Of a stretch of DNA of 64,000 nucleotides, positions 53,750 to 64,000 are shown one piece after another. The DNA comes from an uncultured Chloroflexia bacterium. GTDB taxonomy: Bacteria > Chloroflexota > Dehalococcoidia > DSTF01 > JALHUB01. The notes under the pieces are model-generated. The model saw nothing but the letters and a program-made list of their open reading frames with translations. It was not told the DNA's origin and ran no database searches. Positions within the stretch are counted from its first letter, which is position 1. Each line of letters opens with the position of its first letter. The translations under genes were made by a program, and so were the position numbers. Where the stretch lies: contig CAVSBT010000030.1 of NCBI GenBank assembly GCA_963726245.1, forward strand, positions 32,001-96,000. The letters run 5' to 3'.

Positions 53750-54892
53750 TTATCCATCCCATTGACCCACAATCGAGGAAACACCAGCAGGGACGGCTGA
53801 AAGAGGGACTCCCTCATCAGGGCTGGGATCGCGACGCCAGGTCTCAGCGGGCCCTGGGGGTTCTCGCGTCGGAGGATTGTCTCGCGCGGTGGTACCGGCC
53901 GCCGACCGGATGATCTCCATTATTGCATTGGCGAGTCGGCCGGGATGGTGACGCAGTAGCGTGCCCGCGGAAGCAACCGGCCGCGCGACGACCTCGGGCA
54001 CGAGGGCCCGGCACTCTTCCAAGTCGGTCTCGACTAGACGGGAGGCCTCTGATTCATATCGCAGCTTGAGGTTGTCCGGCACTGGAGAGCTGTTGACAAG
54101 CACGGTGTCTAGCGCACCAGAACCCAAGTACTGGGCGATGGTGCGCACAAAATCGGACGCCCTGAACCCGTCGGATTCTCCTCTCTTTGTGGCAAGGTTG
54201 CACACGAAGATCGTCTTCGCCGAGGAGCGGTCAATGGCTTCAGGCACACCCTCCACAACGAGATTCGCAATGACGCTAGTGTACAGGTCGCCCGGCCCGA
54301 GAATGACAACATCAGCCTCCGCTATGGCCTTTGCAGCCTCCGTGTTCACGTAGGCGCGTGGGTCCGTGTACACGTAGTCAATAGGCACTTCCGCCTTTTC
54401 CTCTCGCACATCCAGCCGGTCTTCACCTTTGAGGACGGTGCCGTCCACCAGGCGGGCGCACAGGTCGGCCTTTGTCAGAGTTACAGGAATCACGCGGCCC
54501 TTGATACCGAGGATCCGCCCCGCCTCTTGGATCGCCCTGTCGATGCCTCCTGTGATCTCCTCTAGCGCCGTGATAAACAGATTCCCAAAACTGTGGCCGT
54601 TTAGTCCTTCACCACGTGGGAACCGGTAGCTGAAGAGCTGGCGCAATAGGAGACTGGAGTGCTCTTCCGGCATAAGGGCCACCATGCACTGCCGCACGTC
54701 ACCGGGGGGCAGATGACCAAACTCGTCGCGCAGCCTGCCGGAACTTCCTCCCCGATCAGTCATCGCCACGACAGCGGTCAGGTCAACGGCTTGTTCCTTC
54801 AGACCGGTTAAGATCGTGTGGGATCCCGTGCCGCCGCCCACAACCACGACTCTTGGTAGTCTCCCATCTTGAGTGCTGACGTGGCCATTCAT
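53750..54892 (-). CDS. yvcK: YvcK/GlmR (UPF0052) UDP-GlcNAc-binding family protein
   Basis: VVVGGGTG, D.GGSSGRLR, PPGDVR, GHSFGNL, LGPGDLYTS. Confidence 0.92.
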   Translation of the reverse strand: MNGHVSTQDGRLPRVVVVGGGTGSHTILTGLKEQAVDLTAVVAMTDRGGSSGRLRDEFGHLPPGDVRQCMVALMPEEHSSLLLRQLFSYRFPRGEGLNGHSFGNLFITALEEITGGIDRAIQEAGRILGIKGRVIPVTLTKADLCARLVDGTVLKGEDRLDVREEKAEVPIDYVYTDPRAYVNTEAAKAIAEADVVILGPGDLYTSVIANLVVEGVPEAIDRSSAKTIFVCNLATKRGESDGFRASDFVRTIAQYLGSGALDTVLVNSSPVPDNLKLRYESEASRLVETDLEECRALVPEVVARPVASAGTLLRHHPGRLANAIMEIIRSAAGTTARDNPPTREPPGPAETWRRDPSPDEGVPLSAVPAGVSSIVGQWDG

Positions 54893-54923
54893 GCCTGTCT
54901 CCTCCCTCAGCGAACGACGGATT

Positions 54924-55883
54924 CTAGCGGCGCAAGCCTACAGGGAGTATGCGCGACTCATCGTAATCGAAAAGCGTCTGAAGACCATCGCCCAGGCTAT
55001 GGCGAGGCTGGAATCCGAGCACTACTCGGAGCTTCTCGATGTCAGCGCAGGACCGGTACGGATCACCGGGCCGCCGCTTGCCGAAGGAACAGCCAAAGGG
55101 AGAACCTGCGATGTCGCTCAAAGTCTGAGCGATCTGAAGGATCGAGGTCTCGACTCCAGTTCCCACATTGATGCATTGCCCGCGGGCCTCTTTCGCGGTT
55201 AAGGCCAGAAGATTCGCCTGAGCCACGTCTCGAACATACACGAAGTCCCGGGTCTGGCGGCCGTCTCCGAAGATCACGGGTTGCGCTCCGCGCCTGAAGG
55301 AATGCAGGAAGATGGAGATTACCCCGGAATAGGGGCTGCTGGGATCCTGTCGGGGCCCATAGACGTTAAAGTAGCGCAGAGAGACTGTCTCAAGCTGATA
55401 GAGGTCGTTGTAAGTCTGAGCGTACGCTTCGACGGCCAGCTTCTGTGCAGCGTAGGGTGAGGCGACGCGGGCAAGTATGGTCTCGCTGGTGGGCACCTCT
55501 GGCGCCGGGCCGTACACCGCTGCGGAACTCGCCAAGACAACGCGCTTGGCTCCCGTCTGGCGTGCCGCCTCCAAGACATTCAGCGCGCCCGTCAGGTTCA
55601 CTTCATGGGATTTGAGCGGAAGGCGAACTGAATCCAGAACCGATGCGACAGCGGCCAGGTGGAGGACTCCGTCGTAGCACCCACTCTGCATCAGCGACAT
55701 CAACAGGTCGCGATTGCGAATGTCCCCCTCCACGATGTGAATCCAGCGCTTCACCGAACGCAGGTTCTCAAGCCGTCCCGTAGCCAGATTGTCGAGCACA
55801 GAGACATCGTGCCCCTGTTCCAACAGGACCTCGACGCTGTGGGAACCTATGAAGCCTGCGCCACCGGTCACTAGCAACTTCAT
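54924..55883 (-). CDS. UDP-hexose/HexNAc 4-epimerase (extended SDR)
   Basis: VTGGAGFIGSH, SSAAVYG, YAAQK, LRYFNVYGPRQ, GRQTRDF. Confidence 0.92.
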   Translation of the reverse strand: MKLLVTGGAGFIGSHSVEVLLEQGHDVSVLDNLATGRLENLRSVKRWIHIVEGDIRNRDLLMSLMQSGCYDGVLHLAAVASVLDSVRLPLKSHEVNLTGALNVLEAARQTGAKRVVLASSAAVYGPAPEVPTSETILARVASPYAAQKLAVEAYAQTYNDLYQLETVSLRYFNVYGPRQDPSSPYSGVISIFLHSFRRGAQPVIFGDGRQTRDFVYVRDVAQANLLALTAKEARGQCINVGTGVETSILQIAQTLSDIAGSPFGCSFGKRRPGDPYRSCADIEKLRVVLGFQPRHSLGDGLQTLFDYDESRILPVGLRR

Positions 55884-55979
55884 TGCTCTTCCCCACGAGG
55901 CCGAAAGGATACCCTTCCCTCGCACCGATATCGACTGGACCGATACTTCGCCACTGGCTGCCGTCTGCCCCCTATCCTC

Positions 55980-57990
55980 TCAGAATGACGCGTAACAGTA
56001 GTAAGCAGCGTCACGCAGAATGTGCCGCACGGCCAGCGAACTGGCTACGACGAGCGTGCCGCCTCCACAAACCAAACCTAGCACGGCGAACTCATAGCCG
56101 ATGGCAACTGACAGGGCGCCGCCAGACACGAGGGCCACGGCCAGCGACGCCACGAGCCCCCTGACGGCCAACGATGGCTGGGACATGGCGACACAGAATC
56201 CACAGTTCAAGGCCCCGACAGCCAGCAAGCCATATCCCACCAGGCCCATCCTGAGAATGGACAAGTGGGTGGAATCGGTTGTCAGCTCCAGGTAGCGGTG
56301 GGACGTGAGCACGTCCAGGCCCACCAAGCCGAAATACACGCCGCCGCTAGCCGCCAGCAGGACCGCGATCAGCAGCATGTGGTGGCGCACCAGTTGGCGG
56401 CCGACCCGACGGCCCAGGGAACTGGCCTCGTACACCAACAGCGACCGCTGAAGAACCTTGATGCCTCGGAAATGCTGTCGGAGCGCGTGATCGGCCACTC
56501 CGCCAACCAAGATGTAGGGCACAATAGCGGCGGCCAGGAACATCCCCAACGCTGCCACCGCACCAGGCCGGTCGACGTTTGCCGGAAGGGAGCCAACCCA
56601 CCCGGTGAGCAGGCTGGAGAAGGCCAGAACCATGAAGAGAAGCCCGTACAGGAAGTAGTGCCGGAGTGAGAAGCTCAACCACCCTATCGCGGGAAGACGA
56701 AGTATCGAAGGGCGGCTTCCGGCCAACCGCACCTGCCGGCGGAATTCTAGCTCCGCCAACAGGATGGTGGTGGCGATGGCAGAGCCGAATCCCGTGACCG
56801 CCGATACCCGCAGGGCGACGTCCGCCGGGACCCCAAGCGCCGCAAGGAACCTCAAGCCCCCATAACCCACGACGGCTCCCACCCCGAGGCAGAGGAGGGT
56901 GTAGTGGCGCACTTCTAGGAGCGCCAATGCCGACAGCGCGAGCCAAAGCAGCGACAAGGAGAAGTAGATGCCCAGCGTGTCCAGCAACGAGAGCCAGGAG
57001 AGCCCAGCAAACCCTATGACTACGGGCGGAAGGACGAGAGCAACCCCCACCACCGCTAGCATGCAGAGGGCGCCCAGCCGGTAGCCGAGAGCGCGGGCCG
57101 CGGCATACTGGCCCTGGCTGACGAAGCTCCACCCTCTGCGCGAGAACGCCTGAACAAAGCCCGAGGTCGCCAACAGACTGAGCATGATGGCTATGCTAAG
57201 AGCAAAGACGCCCTTCGCCGAGGTCTCAGTCCCCTTGGCCAGGGCAGTTAGTACGAGGCCCCACATCAAGAGAGGAACGAAAGCTATCGGCCCCTGAATG
57301 TAGTCCTGAATCGCGTCTCGCAGGGCGCTCGTCAATCTGCGAGGTGTCCCGCCTCGACTGTCAGGCGCCGCCCCGTCAGCCCTTGTGGCGCAGTTCGCCA
57401 GGGCGGGCAGAGTTCTTTCCGCCAGCTCGAAGACATCGCGGCAGCCGTGATTCTGGGCGGCAGCACGGTCGTTTATGCCCTTAGACTCGAGGATGGCTGC
57501 GACCTCCAGGGCATAGACCGGCGTGAGAAGTCGCTCTTTGGCCAGCAGAGGGAGACTAGGCCGGACCGGCTGTCGTGGCGGCGGGTCCTTCGTCCCGGCC
57601 TCCGCCGCACCATTTCCATTGTTTCCCGGATTGCCAGCCCCCCCTCCGTTGCGTGGAGTCTTCACGAGCGCCACAGGCGGCGGTCGCCGGTCAAAGGCCA
57701 ATCGATCCGAACCGACGAGGATCGCTTCCTCCCGGCCCTGTGTCTCAATCCGTTCCCGTTTGACAGCCCAGCTCATCCAGAGGTGCCGCTCGCCGTTCCT
57801 CCCATCGCTTCCGTCGCCGTTTCTCCCATCGCTTCGCTCGCCGTTCCGTTGGGCTTCTGCCTCGGCCCCGACTGTCAGCGGGCTTGACCAGTGGCCGCCA
57901 GACTCGAGGACCCTCTCCACCTCCTCGGCATACCACTTCAATCTCAGTCGCACGTAGCACTGCAGGTAGCTCGAGGCAAAGCCCTTGGCC
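55980..57990 (-). CDS. PelG-like multi-TM exopolysaccharide export protein (start uncertain; may be fused to PelF)
   Basis: About 12 TM helices preceded by LEVAAILESKGINDRAA...DVFELAE; between PelF and epimerase. Confidence 0.6.
57788..57847. repeat. 24-bp tandem repeat (about 2.5 copies) encoding RNGERSDG-like linker
   Basis: GCTCGCCGTTCCTCCCATCGCTTC-like units at 57788, 57812 and 57836 (partial). Confidence 0.7.
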
Positions 57991-59491
57991 GAGAACTCGC
58001 AGGAGCGCGCGATGTCGGGCCCGCTTGCCGAGGAGGCGCCTTCGCTCTGGGTCGCGGAGCAGGTCGAGGCACGCGGTAGCCAGGGCTTGTGGGTTACCGG
58101 GCTCGACGACGGCGCCACAAGCGCCTATGGCCTCGGCCACTCCCCCCACATCGGTACCCACGACCGGCTTGCCGCACATCATTGCCTCGATAACGGTGTA
58201 GGGAAACCCCTCGGACCGGCTGGAAAGCACGACGAGGTCACCTGCCCCGTAGGCCTCGGCGAGATTCTCCGCACGTCCGCGGAAGATGATGGCATCTTTC
58301 AGGCCCAAGTGATCCGACAGGGCAGAGACCTCTCTCCAGTACCCCTCGTTGCCCGCGGGCACAACACCATACATAAGCAAGCGCACAGACGGGTCGGACC
58401 GGCGGACCTCGGCCAGTGCCTGGAACAGAGTTGTAAGGTCTTTCAGGGGGTCAACACGGCCCACCCAGACCAGCGTGGGCGTCCGCGCTTCGGAAGGGAG
58501 CGGCTTGAACTTGTCCGGATCGACCCCGTTGTAAATCGTGCGCAGCTTCTGAGGTTCGGCACCCAGGGTCCGCTCCCAGCGCTGATTGAAGTCGCAGACC
58601 GGCGCAATCTCATCCGCGCATCGATAGCTAATCCTCGTTATTAGAATGTCCAAGCCGAGCCAGAAGCTCTTTAGGAAGGGCGATGGCGACACCTCCCGAA
58701 GGGCAAGGCATCGCTCTCTGATGTAGACCCCGTGCTCGGTCAGAAGCATAGGCACGCCATACACCAGCTTCGCCACAACGCAGAGCACGGCGCTGATCCC
58801 TGTCACGGTGCCATGCACGACGTGAGCCGGCGGAATATCAATCGTCAAGACGGCAAGCAGACGGTACAGGAGGCGCACGGCTTCACTTACCTCGTCGAGG
58901 TTAGGCGCCTCGAGTCCGCGGCGGGACGTACCGACGGCGAGCGCTGCCTTGGCCGCCTGCCAAGTCACTGAATGCCTCAAGGTGGTGGAGTAGTCGTAAC
59001 GGCGGAAATACCCGTGCAATGCCACCACCGCATCGAGGACGCAGGCCAAGTCGTCCGAGGGGCTCAAGAATCTCCTGAAGGAGAGTCTGAAATCGAGGCA
59101 AGAAGTGCCGGCGAATGACCGCCTCGCTCGTCTCGCGCTTTCGAGCAGCCAGCCGCCACACGCTGAGAGCACGATCCAGCTCCGACGGCTCATCGATGCC
59201 CCAGAGCGGTACAGTGATCACTCGTTCCACATTGGATGGGAGCCCGTATGCCTCCTTCACATAAGGGTTCGCGGTGACAGCCAGGAGCGTGAATCTGCTT
59301 TCAGGCAGACCTCTCAGTAGGAGGTCACACCAATTGGACACGCCGCCCGTCTCGTAGGGATACGTGCCCTCCGTGACCAACAGGACGCTGAGGGGCTTCG
59401 AGGAGGTCGCTTCGGAGCCGCAGGCGCACGTCGCCTTAGGAGCCACCTTGTGGGAGCCTGTCAGCCGAGGCCCATCGTCGCGCGACGGCAT
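57940..59491 (-). CDS. pelF: GT4 glycosyltransferase PelF (DUF3492 + GT-B; frameshifts ~59060 and ~58000; end uncertain)
   Basis: LVTEGTYPYETGGVSNWC, LLTEHGVYIRER, GRVDPLKD, SRSEGFPYTVIEAM, TDVGG. Confidence 0.9.
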
Positions 59492-59499
59492 TAGCGTGC

Positions 59500-59813
59500 C
59501 CCTCCGCAGTCCAGGCCCACCTGAGCCAGCCCTACAGCACGTCTTGCATTGTGATGGCCCCCTCAGGCGGGCCGGCATCCCACGGCCGATTGGGTGGCGG
59601 GCTGGGGCTACAATCACAGCCCCGCCCTGCCTTTATGCCGACATCCATCTTCTCGCTGTCGTAGGTCACTCCGTCCGGGCCAGGCCTACCGCCATCACAA
59701 TCGTAGGTCCCCACGTAGAACAGCGCGGCGGTAGCGTCGCACGTGCTGACCACTTGGTCCCTGGGGCCATCGGGCATCGGGCGGGGGTTGGCGGGCACCG
59801 GCCCATGGGCCAC
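59500..59813 (-). pseudogene. Decayed Chloroflexota-type surface-protein C-terminal (flexitail-like) domain remnant
   Basis: LFYVG...GVTYD...WDAGPPEGAITMQDVL, continuing in another frame as LAQVGLDC; family recognised from memory only. Confidence 0.35.
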
Positions 59814-59891
59814 TGCTGTCGGCGTTTGCCTGCGCCCGGCTATCTGGGCGCCAGTATCACCTTACCTGGCAACGCCCCCTAAGTTGGCGAA

Positions 59892-62800
59892 TCACGACCT
59901 GCACCTCCTCCCAAGTTGGCGAATCACGACCTGCAGGTCCGCCGTGTTCACTTGGCCGTCATGGTTCACGTCGTAGCGTGGATCGTGACTTCGGGACAGT
60001 ATCGCCCCATATTCGGCGAGAACATCCGCAATATTCACCCGTCCATCACCGGTCACGTCGCCGCAGAAGGCGGTGGCCGTGGGCGTCCGTGTGGGCGTCC
60101 GTGTTCGCGTCGGTGTTCGCGTCGCCGTGGGCGTCCGTGTTCGCGTCGGTGTTCGCGTCGCCGTGGGCGTCCGTGTTCGCGTCGGTGTTCGCGCCGGTGT
60201 TCGCGTCGCCGTGGGCGTCGAACTTGGCGTGGCGGTCGCCGTGGCTGTCGGGATAGCCGTCGGCGTCTGCGTCGGCGTCTGCGTGGCCGTGGGCGTCTCT
60301 GTGGGCTTCGGCGTCGAGTCCGGGTCCGGCGTGGGCGTCTCCGTGGCCGTCGGCGTGGCTGTCGGCGTCTCCGTCGGCGTCGGCGTGTCAGTCGGCGTCT
60401 CCGTGGCCGTGGGCGTGTCAGTCGGCGTCTCTGTGGCCGTCGGCGTGTCGGTCGGCGCTTCCGTCGGCGTGTCCGTCGGCGTATCGGTCGGCGTCTCCGT
60501 GGCCGTCGGGGTGTCTGTTGGCGTCTCCGTGGCCGTGGGCGTGTCAGTTGGCGTCTCGGTGGCCGTCGGCGTCTCCGTCGGCGTGTCGCGTCGGCCGTCG
60601 GCGTATCGGTTGGCGTCTCCGTGGCCGTCGGGGTGTCTGTCGGCGTCTCGGTGGCCGTCGGCGTCTCTGTCGGCGTCTCCGTGGCCGTGGCGTGTCAGTT
60701 GGCGTCTCCGTGGCCGTCGGCGTATCGGTTGGCGTCTCGGTGGCCGTCGGCGTCTCCGTCGGCGTCTCCGTGGCCGTGGGCGTGTCAGTTGGCGTCTCTG
60801 TGGGCGTCGGCGTATCGGTCGGCGTCTCGGTGGCCGTCGGTGTCTCCGTCGGCGTCTCGGTTGGCGTCTCGGTGGCCGTGGGTGTCTCCGTTGGCGTCTC
60901 CGTGGCCGTCGGCGTCTCTGTCGGCGTCTCCGTGGCCGTCGGCGTGTCGGTCGGCGTCTCCGTGGCCGTCGGGCGTGTCAGTTGGCGTCTCTGTGGCCGT
61001 CGGCGTCTCGGTTGGCGTCTCGGTGGCCGTCGGCGTCTCCGTCGGCGTCTCCGTGGCCGTCGGCGTGCTCTGTCGGCGTCTCCGTGGCCGTCGGCGTGTC
61101 CGTCGGCGTCTCGCGTGGCCGTGGGCGTGTCAGTTGGCGTCTCTGTGGCCGTCGGCGTATCGGTTGGCGTCTCGGTGGCCGTCGGCGTCTCCGTCGGCGT
61201 CTCGGTCGGCGTCTCCGTGGCCGTCGGCGTGTCAGTTGGCGTCTCTGTCGCCGTCGGCGTCTCGGTCGGCGTCTCGGTGGCCGTCGGCGTCTCCGTCGGC
61301 GTCTCCGTGGCCGTCGGCGTGTCCGTCGGCGTCTCGGTGGCCGTCGGCGTGTCTGTCGGCGTCTCTGTGGCCGTCGGCGTCTCGGTCGGCGTCTCGGTGG
61401 CCGTCGGCGTCTCCGTCGGCGTCTCGGTCGGCGTCTCCGTGGCCGTGGGTGTCTCCGTCGGCGTCTCCGTGGCCGTCGGCGTATCGTTGGCGTCTCCGTG
61501 GCCGTCGGCGTATCGGTTGGCGTCTCGGTGGCCGTCGGCGTCTCCGTCGGCGTCGTGCGTCGTCGGTGTCGGTCGTGTCGGCGTCTCTCGTCGGCGTCTC
61601 GGTGGCCGTCGGCGTGTCTGTTGGCGTCTCCGTGGCCGTCGGCGTCTCGGTCGGCGTCTCTGTGGCCGTCGGCGTCGTCTGTCGGCGTCTCCGTGGCCGT
61701 CGGCGTCTCCGTCGGCGTCTCCGTGGCCGTCGGCGTGTCCGTCGGCGTCTCCGTGGCCGTCGGCGTCTCCGTCGGCGTCTCTGTCGGCGTCTCCGTGGGC
61801 GTCCGTGGCGTCTCCGTCGCCGTCGGCGTCTCCGTCGGCGTCTCCGTGCCGTCGGCGTCTCCGTCGGCGTCTCCGTGGCCGTCGGCGTGTCCGTCGGCGT
61901 CTCCGTCGGCGTCTCCGTCGGCGTCTCGTGCCGGTGTCTCAGTCGGCGTCTCCGTGGCCGTCGGCGTGTCTGTCGGGGTCTCCGTCTCCGTCGGCGTGTC
62001 AGTTGGCGTCCCCGTCGGCGTATCGGTGGCCGTGGGCGTGGCCGTCGGCGTATCGGTTGGCGTCTCCGTCGGCGTGGCCGTGGCCGTAGGCGTAGGCGCG
62101 TTGGTAGCCGTGGTGGTCGGCGTGGCCGTAGGCGTAGGCGTGTTGGTAGCTTGGCCGTCGGCGTGGCCGTGGCCGTAGGCGTGTTGGTAGCCGTGGCCGT
62201 AGGCGTAGGCGTGTTGGTAGCTATGGCCGTCGGCGTGGCCGTGGCCGTAGGCGTGTTGGTAGCCGTGGCCGTCGGCGTGGCCGTGGCCGTAGGCGTCACC
62301 GTGCTGGTAGCGGTCGGCGTCGACGTCGAGCCCGGTAAGGGCGTCGCGGTCGGTTCCCATGACGGCAGCTGGATTGTCCTGGTGCCGCCCGCGCTGAAGT
62401 TGAGGTAAGAGATCTCCTGACCGGCATACTCCTCGACCTGGTCACCGTTAGGCATGCCGGTGACGGGAATGCGGCATGCGTGCGCGGTAGTCACTGTCAA
62501 CGTGCCGCCGCTGGGGGAGCCGTTCGGACCCGGCACGAAAGAGGCGGTGATCCCGCAGGCATTGTAGCTCATGCGGTCTAGCATGAGCACGCCTATGTCG
62601 TGCTGTGCCAAGCCGATGACCGGGACATCAAGGAGGGCATTGTATTTCGCCAGGGTTTCGTCCAGCAGATCGGTGAGCAGCGAGTGCGTACCGTCGTAGG
62701 CCCGAATGTCCGTCTGGTGGAACATCAATGGGTAGGTCCCGTACCTCAGCATGTACTGGAGGATCGTGTCACTCTCGTAATCCATGATCTCCGCATAGGT

Positions 62801-64000
62801 GAGGTTGTGGTCCCACCAGGGGTACTGCCCGTTGGGCCCATACAAGTAGTTGTATTCGGACACCAGCTGGGCGGGGGTGCCGGTGTTGTAGAAGATGTCG
62901 GTCGGATAGCGCGGGATCTCCAGGATGCCCGGCACCAGCGTATTGGGGTGGCCTGTGTTGGGGGGTGGCAGCGTCCCGATGACCGAAGTGTCGGATACGA
63001 CAGACCGGATTCCAAAATCGTACGCCGCCTGCATGGCGTTCCGGTTGCCGAACCCGGAGACGTCCGGCGTCACCAGGGCGTCCTTCGCGTAGTGGGAGAA
63101 CGGGAATCCAGTTGCGAAGGTGTCGTTCTGCTGTAATTGGTTTGTGGTCTGGTTGTAGTTGGTATTATCGAGGTTCTCATGGTCATAGGTGTGGTTGACC
63201 CAACTGAAATTGGTCTGAAGAGCGTGTGCGCGGGTCGTAAGCGTATCGGAGCCCCCGCCCGTGCTGCCTGACCCGTTGAACGCGAATTCAACAGCCACCT
63301 GCGACAGGTCGGGAGCGCTAGCGCGTTTCGCCGTGAGCCAGGCGTAGAGCGCGTCCAGATCGGCTCCCGATATGCGGTAGGTGCCATCCTCCCAGACGTC
63401 GTCGTCGATGAAGAGGTCATCCACCTGAGGGGACAGATAGACGTGGCGCTGGCCCAGGAAGAAGCCCTTCGCCAGCCAGTTGAAGACGCCGTAGTCCAGG
63501 GCGAGGGTATGATCTAGCCAGATGGCATTGTCCATTGTGAGGGCCAGGTTCTCCCGCCCGTCGGAGTATGAGTGGACGGCGGCTACGGTGTATACGGTGC
63601 CTCCGACCTGGGTCACGAGGAGCGGCGTGGTGCCACTATTTGGGGTCGCCAGGTAGGTCCAGGCGCCGCAAATGGGCAAGGGGCTGCTGCTCAGAGACGA
63701 GAAAACCGAGTCGCCGGCGGAGGTTAGCGTAGTCTGGAGACAGGTCGCGGTCGTATCGACGCCGCCTATCGGAAAGCTGAGGCCGTAGTCAGGGCTGACG
63801 GAATACGTGTAGTAGGTGGCTTGGCGTATGCGGAACAGGGATTCGTATTGCCACAGGGTCTCCCACTCGGTGGTATTGAAGGCGCCGCCCAAGTCCCCAG
63901 TCGCCAGTATGATCCCCTGGTAGTAGCCATGCTGGTTCCCATCCGACAGCAGGCCCGGCGCCAGAGTGGTCGTGCTCGCGATCAGCACATTGTACGGCAG
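59892..64000 (-). CDS. Large secreted protein: Agd3/CE18-like polysaccharide deacetylase - very long Pro/Thr linker - dockerin-like tail; 5' end outside window
   Basis: [42 protein letters not shown]; tail [13 protein letters not shown]...[13 protein letters not shown], stop at 59892. Confidence 0.75.
60073..62345. repeat. ~2.3 kb imperfect 6/12/30-bp tandem array encoding [18 protein letters not shown]
   Basis: Continuous GTCGGCGTCTCC/GTGGCC units, with many indels shifting the frame. Confidence 0.95.

Noticed and set aside
60073-62345. Repeat array as CRISPR or ncRNA
   Set aside because: No unique spacers; codon-periodic units encode a Pro/Thr linker, and the plus-strand VGVSV ORFs are antisense shadows
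1-64000. Pervasive frameshifts read as mass pseudogenisation or programmed frameshifting
   Set aside because: They hit many unrelated genes, without in-frame stops or motif decay in most of them; this is typical of long-read indel error

Overview
High-GC bacterial chromosomal segment. It is most consistent with Chloroflexota (Dehalococcoidia-like), inferred from monoderm-type surface proteins, dockerin-like tails and a tad locus with an AAA ATPase and DUF192. Many genes are split by single-base indels, most likely long-read consensus errors, so split ORFs are merged into one feature. Left to right: sensor kinase, PDZ protein and HtrA; beta-CASP metallo-hydrolase and LOG; MgtA; a wHTH-amtB-P-II nitrogen cassette lying between two consecutive pieces of a decayed LOG copy; ABC transporter, DUF1295, thiolase and DUF3089; a PadR/HAAS pair divergent from a hopanoid operon (prenyl synthase, ispH, yjbQ, shc, hpnCDE, hpnH, hpnG); a secreted GH3/NagZ-like protein fused through a TM helix to a cytoplasmic OmpR-type winged helix, divergent from PBP1C and an alpha-2-macroglobulin lacking the thioester motif (best candidate for a novel system); a methyltransferase; phoBR-pstSCAB-phoU; a truncated tad locus; and a Pel/galactosaminogalactan-like exopolysaccharide cluster (GH114, YvcK, epimerase, PelG-like, PelF, Agd3/CE18-like deacetylase with a ~2.3 kb Pro/Thr linker). 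No rRNA, tRNA, CRISPR array or intact transposase was recognised. All family calls come from motif recognition by eye, not database searches.
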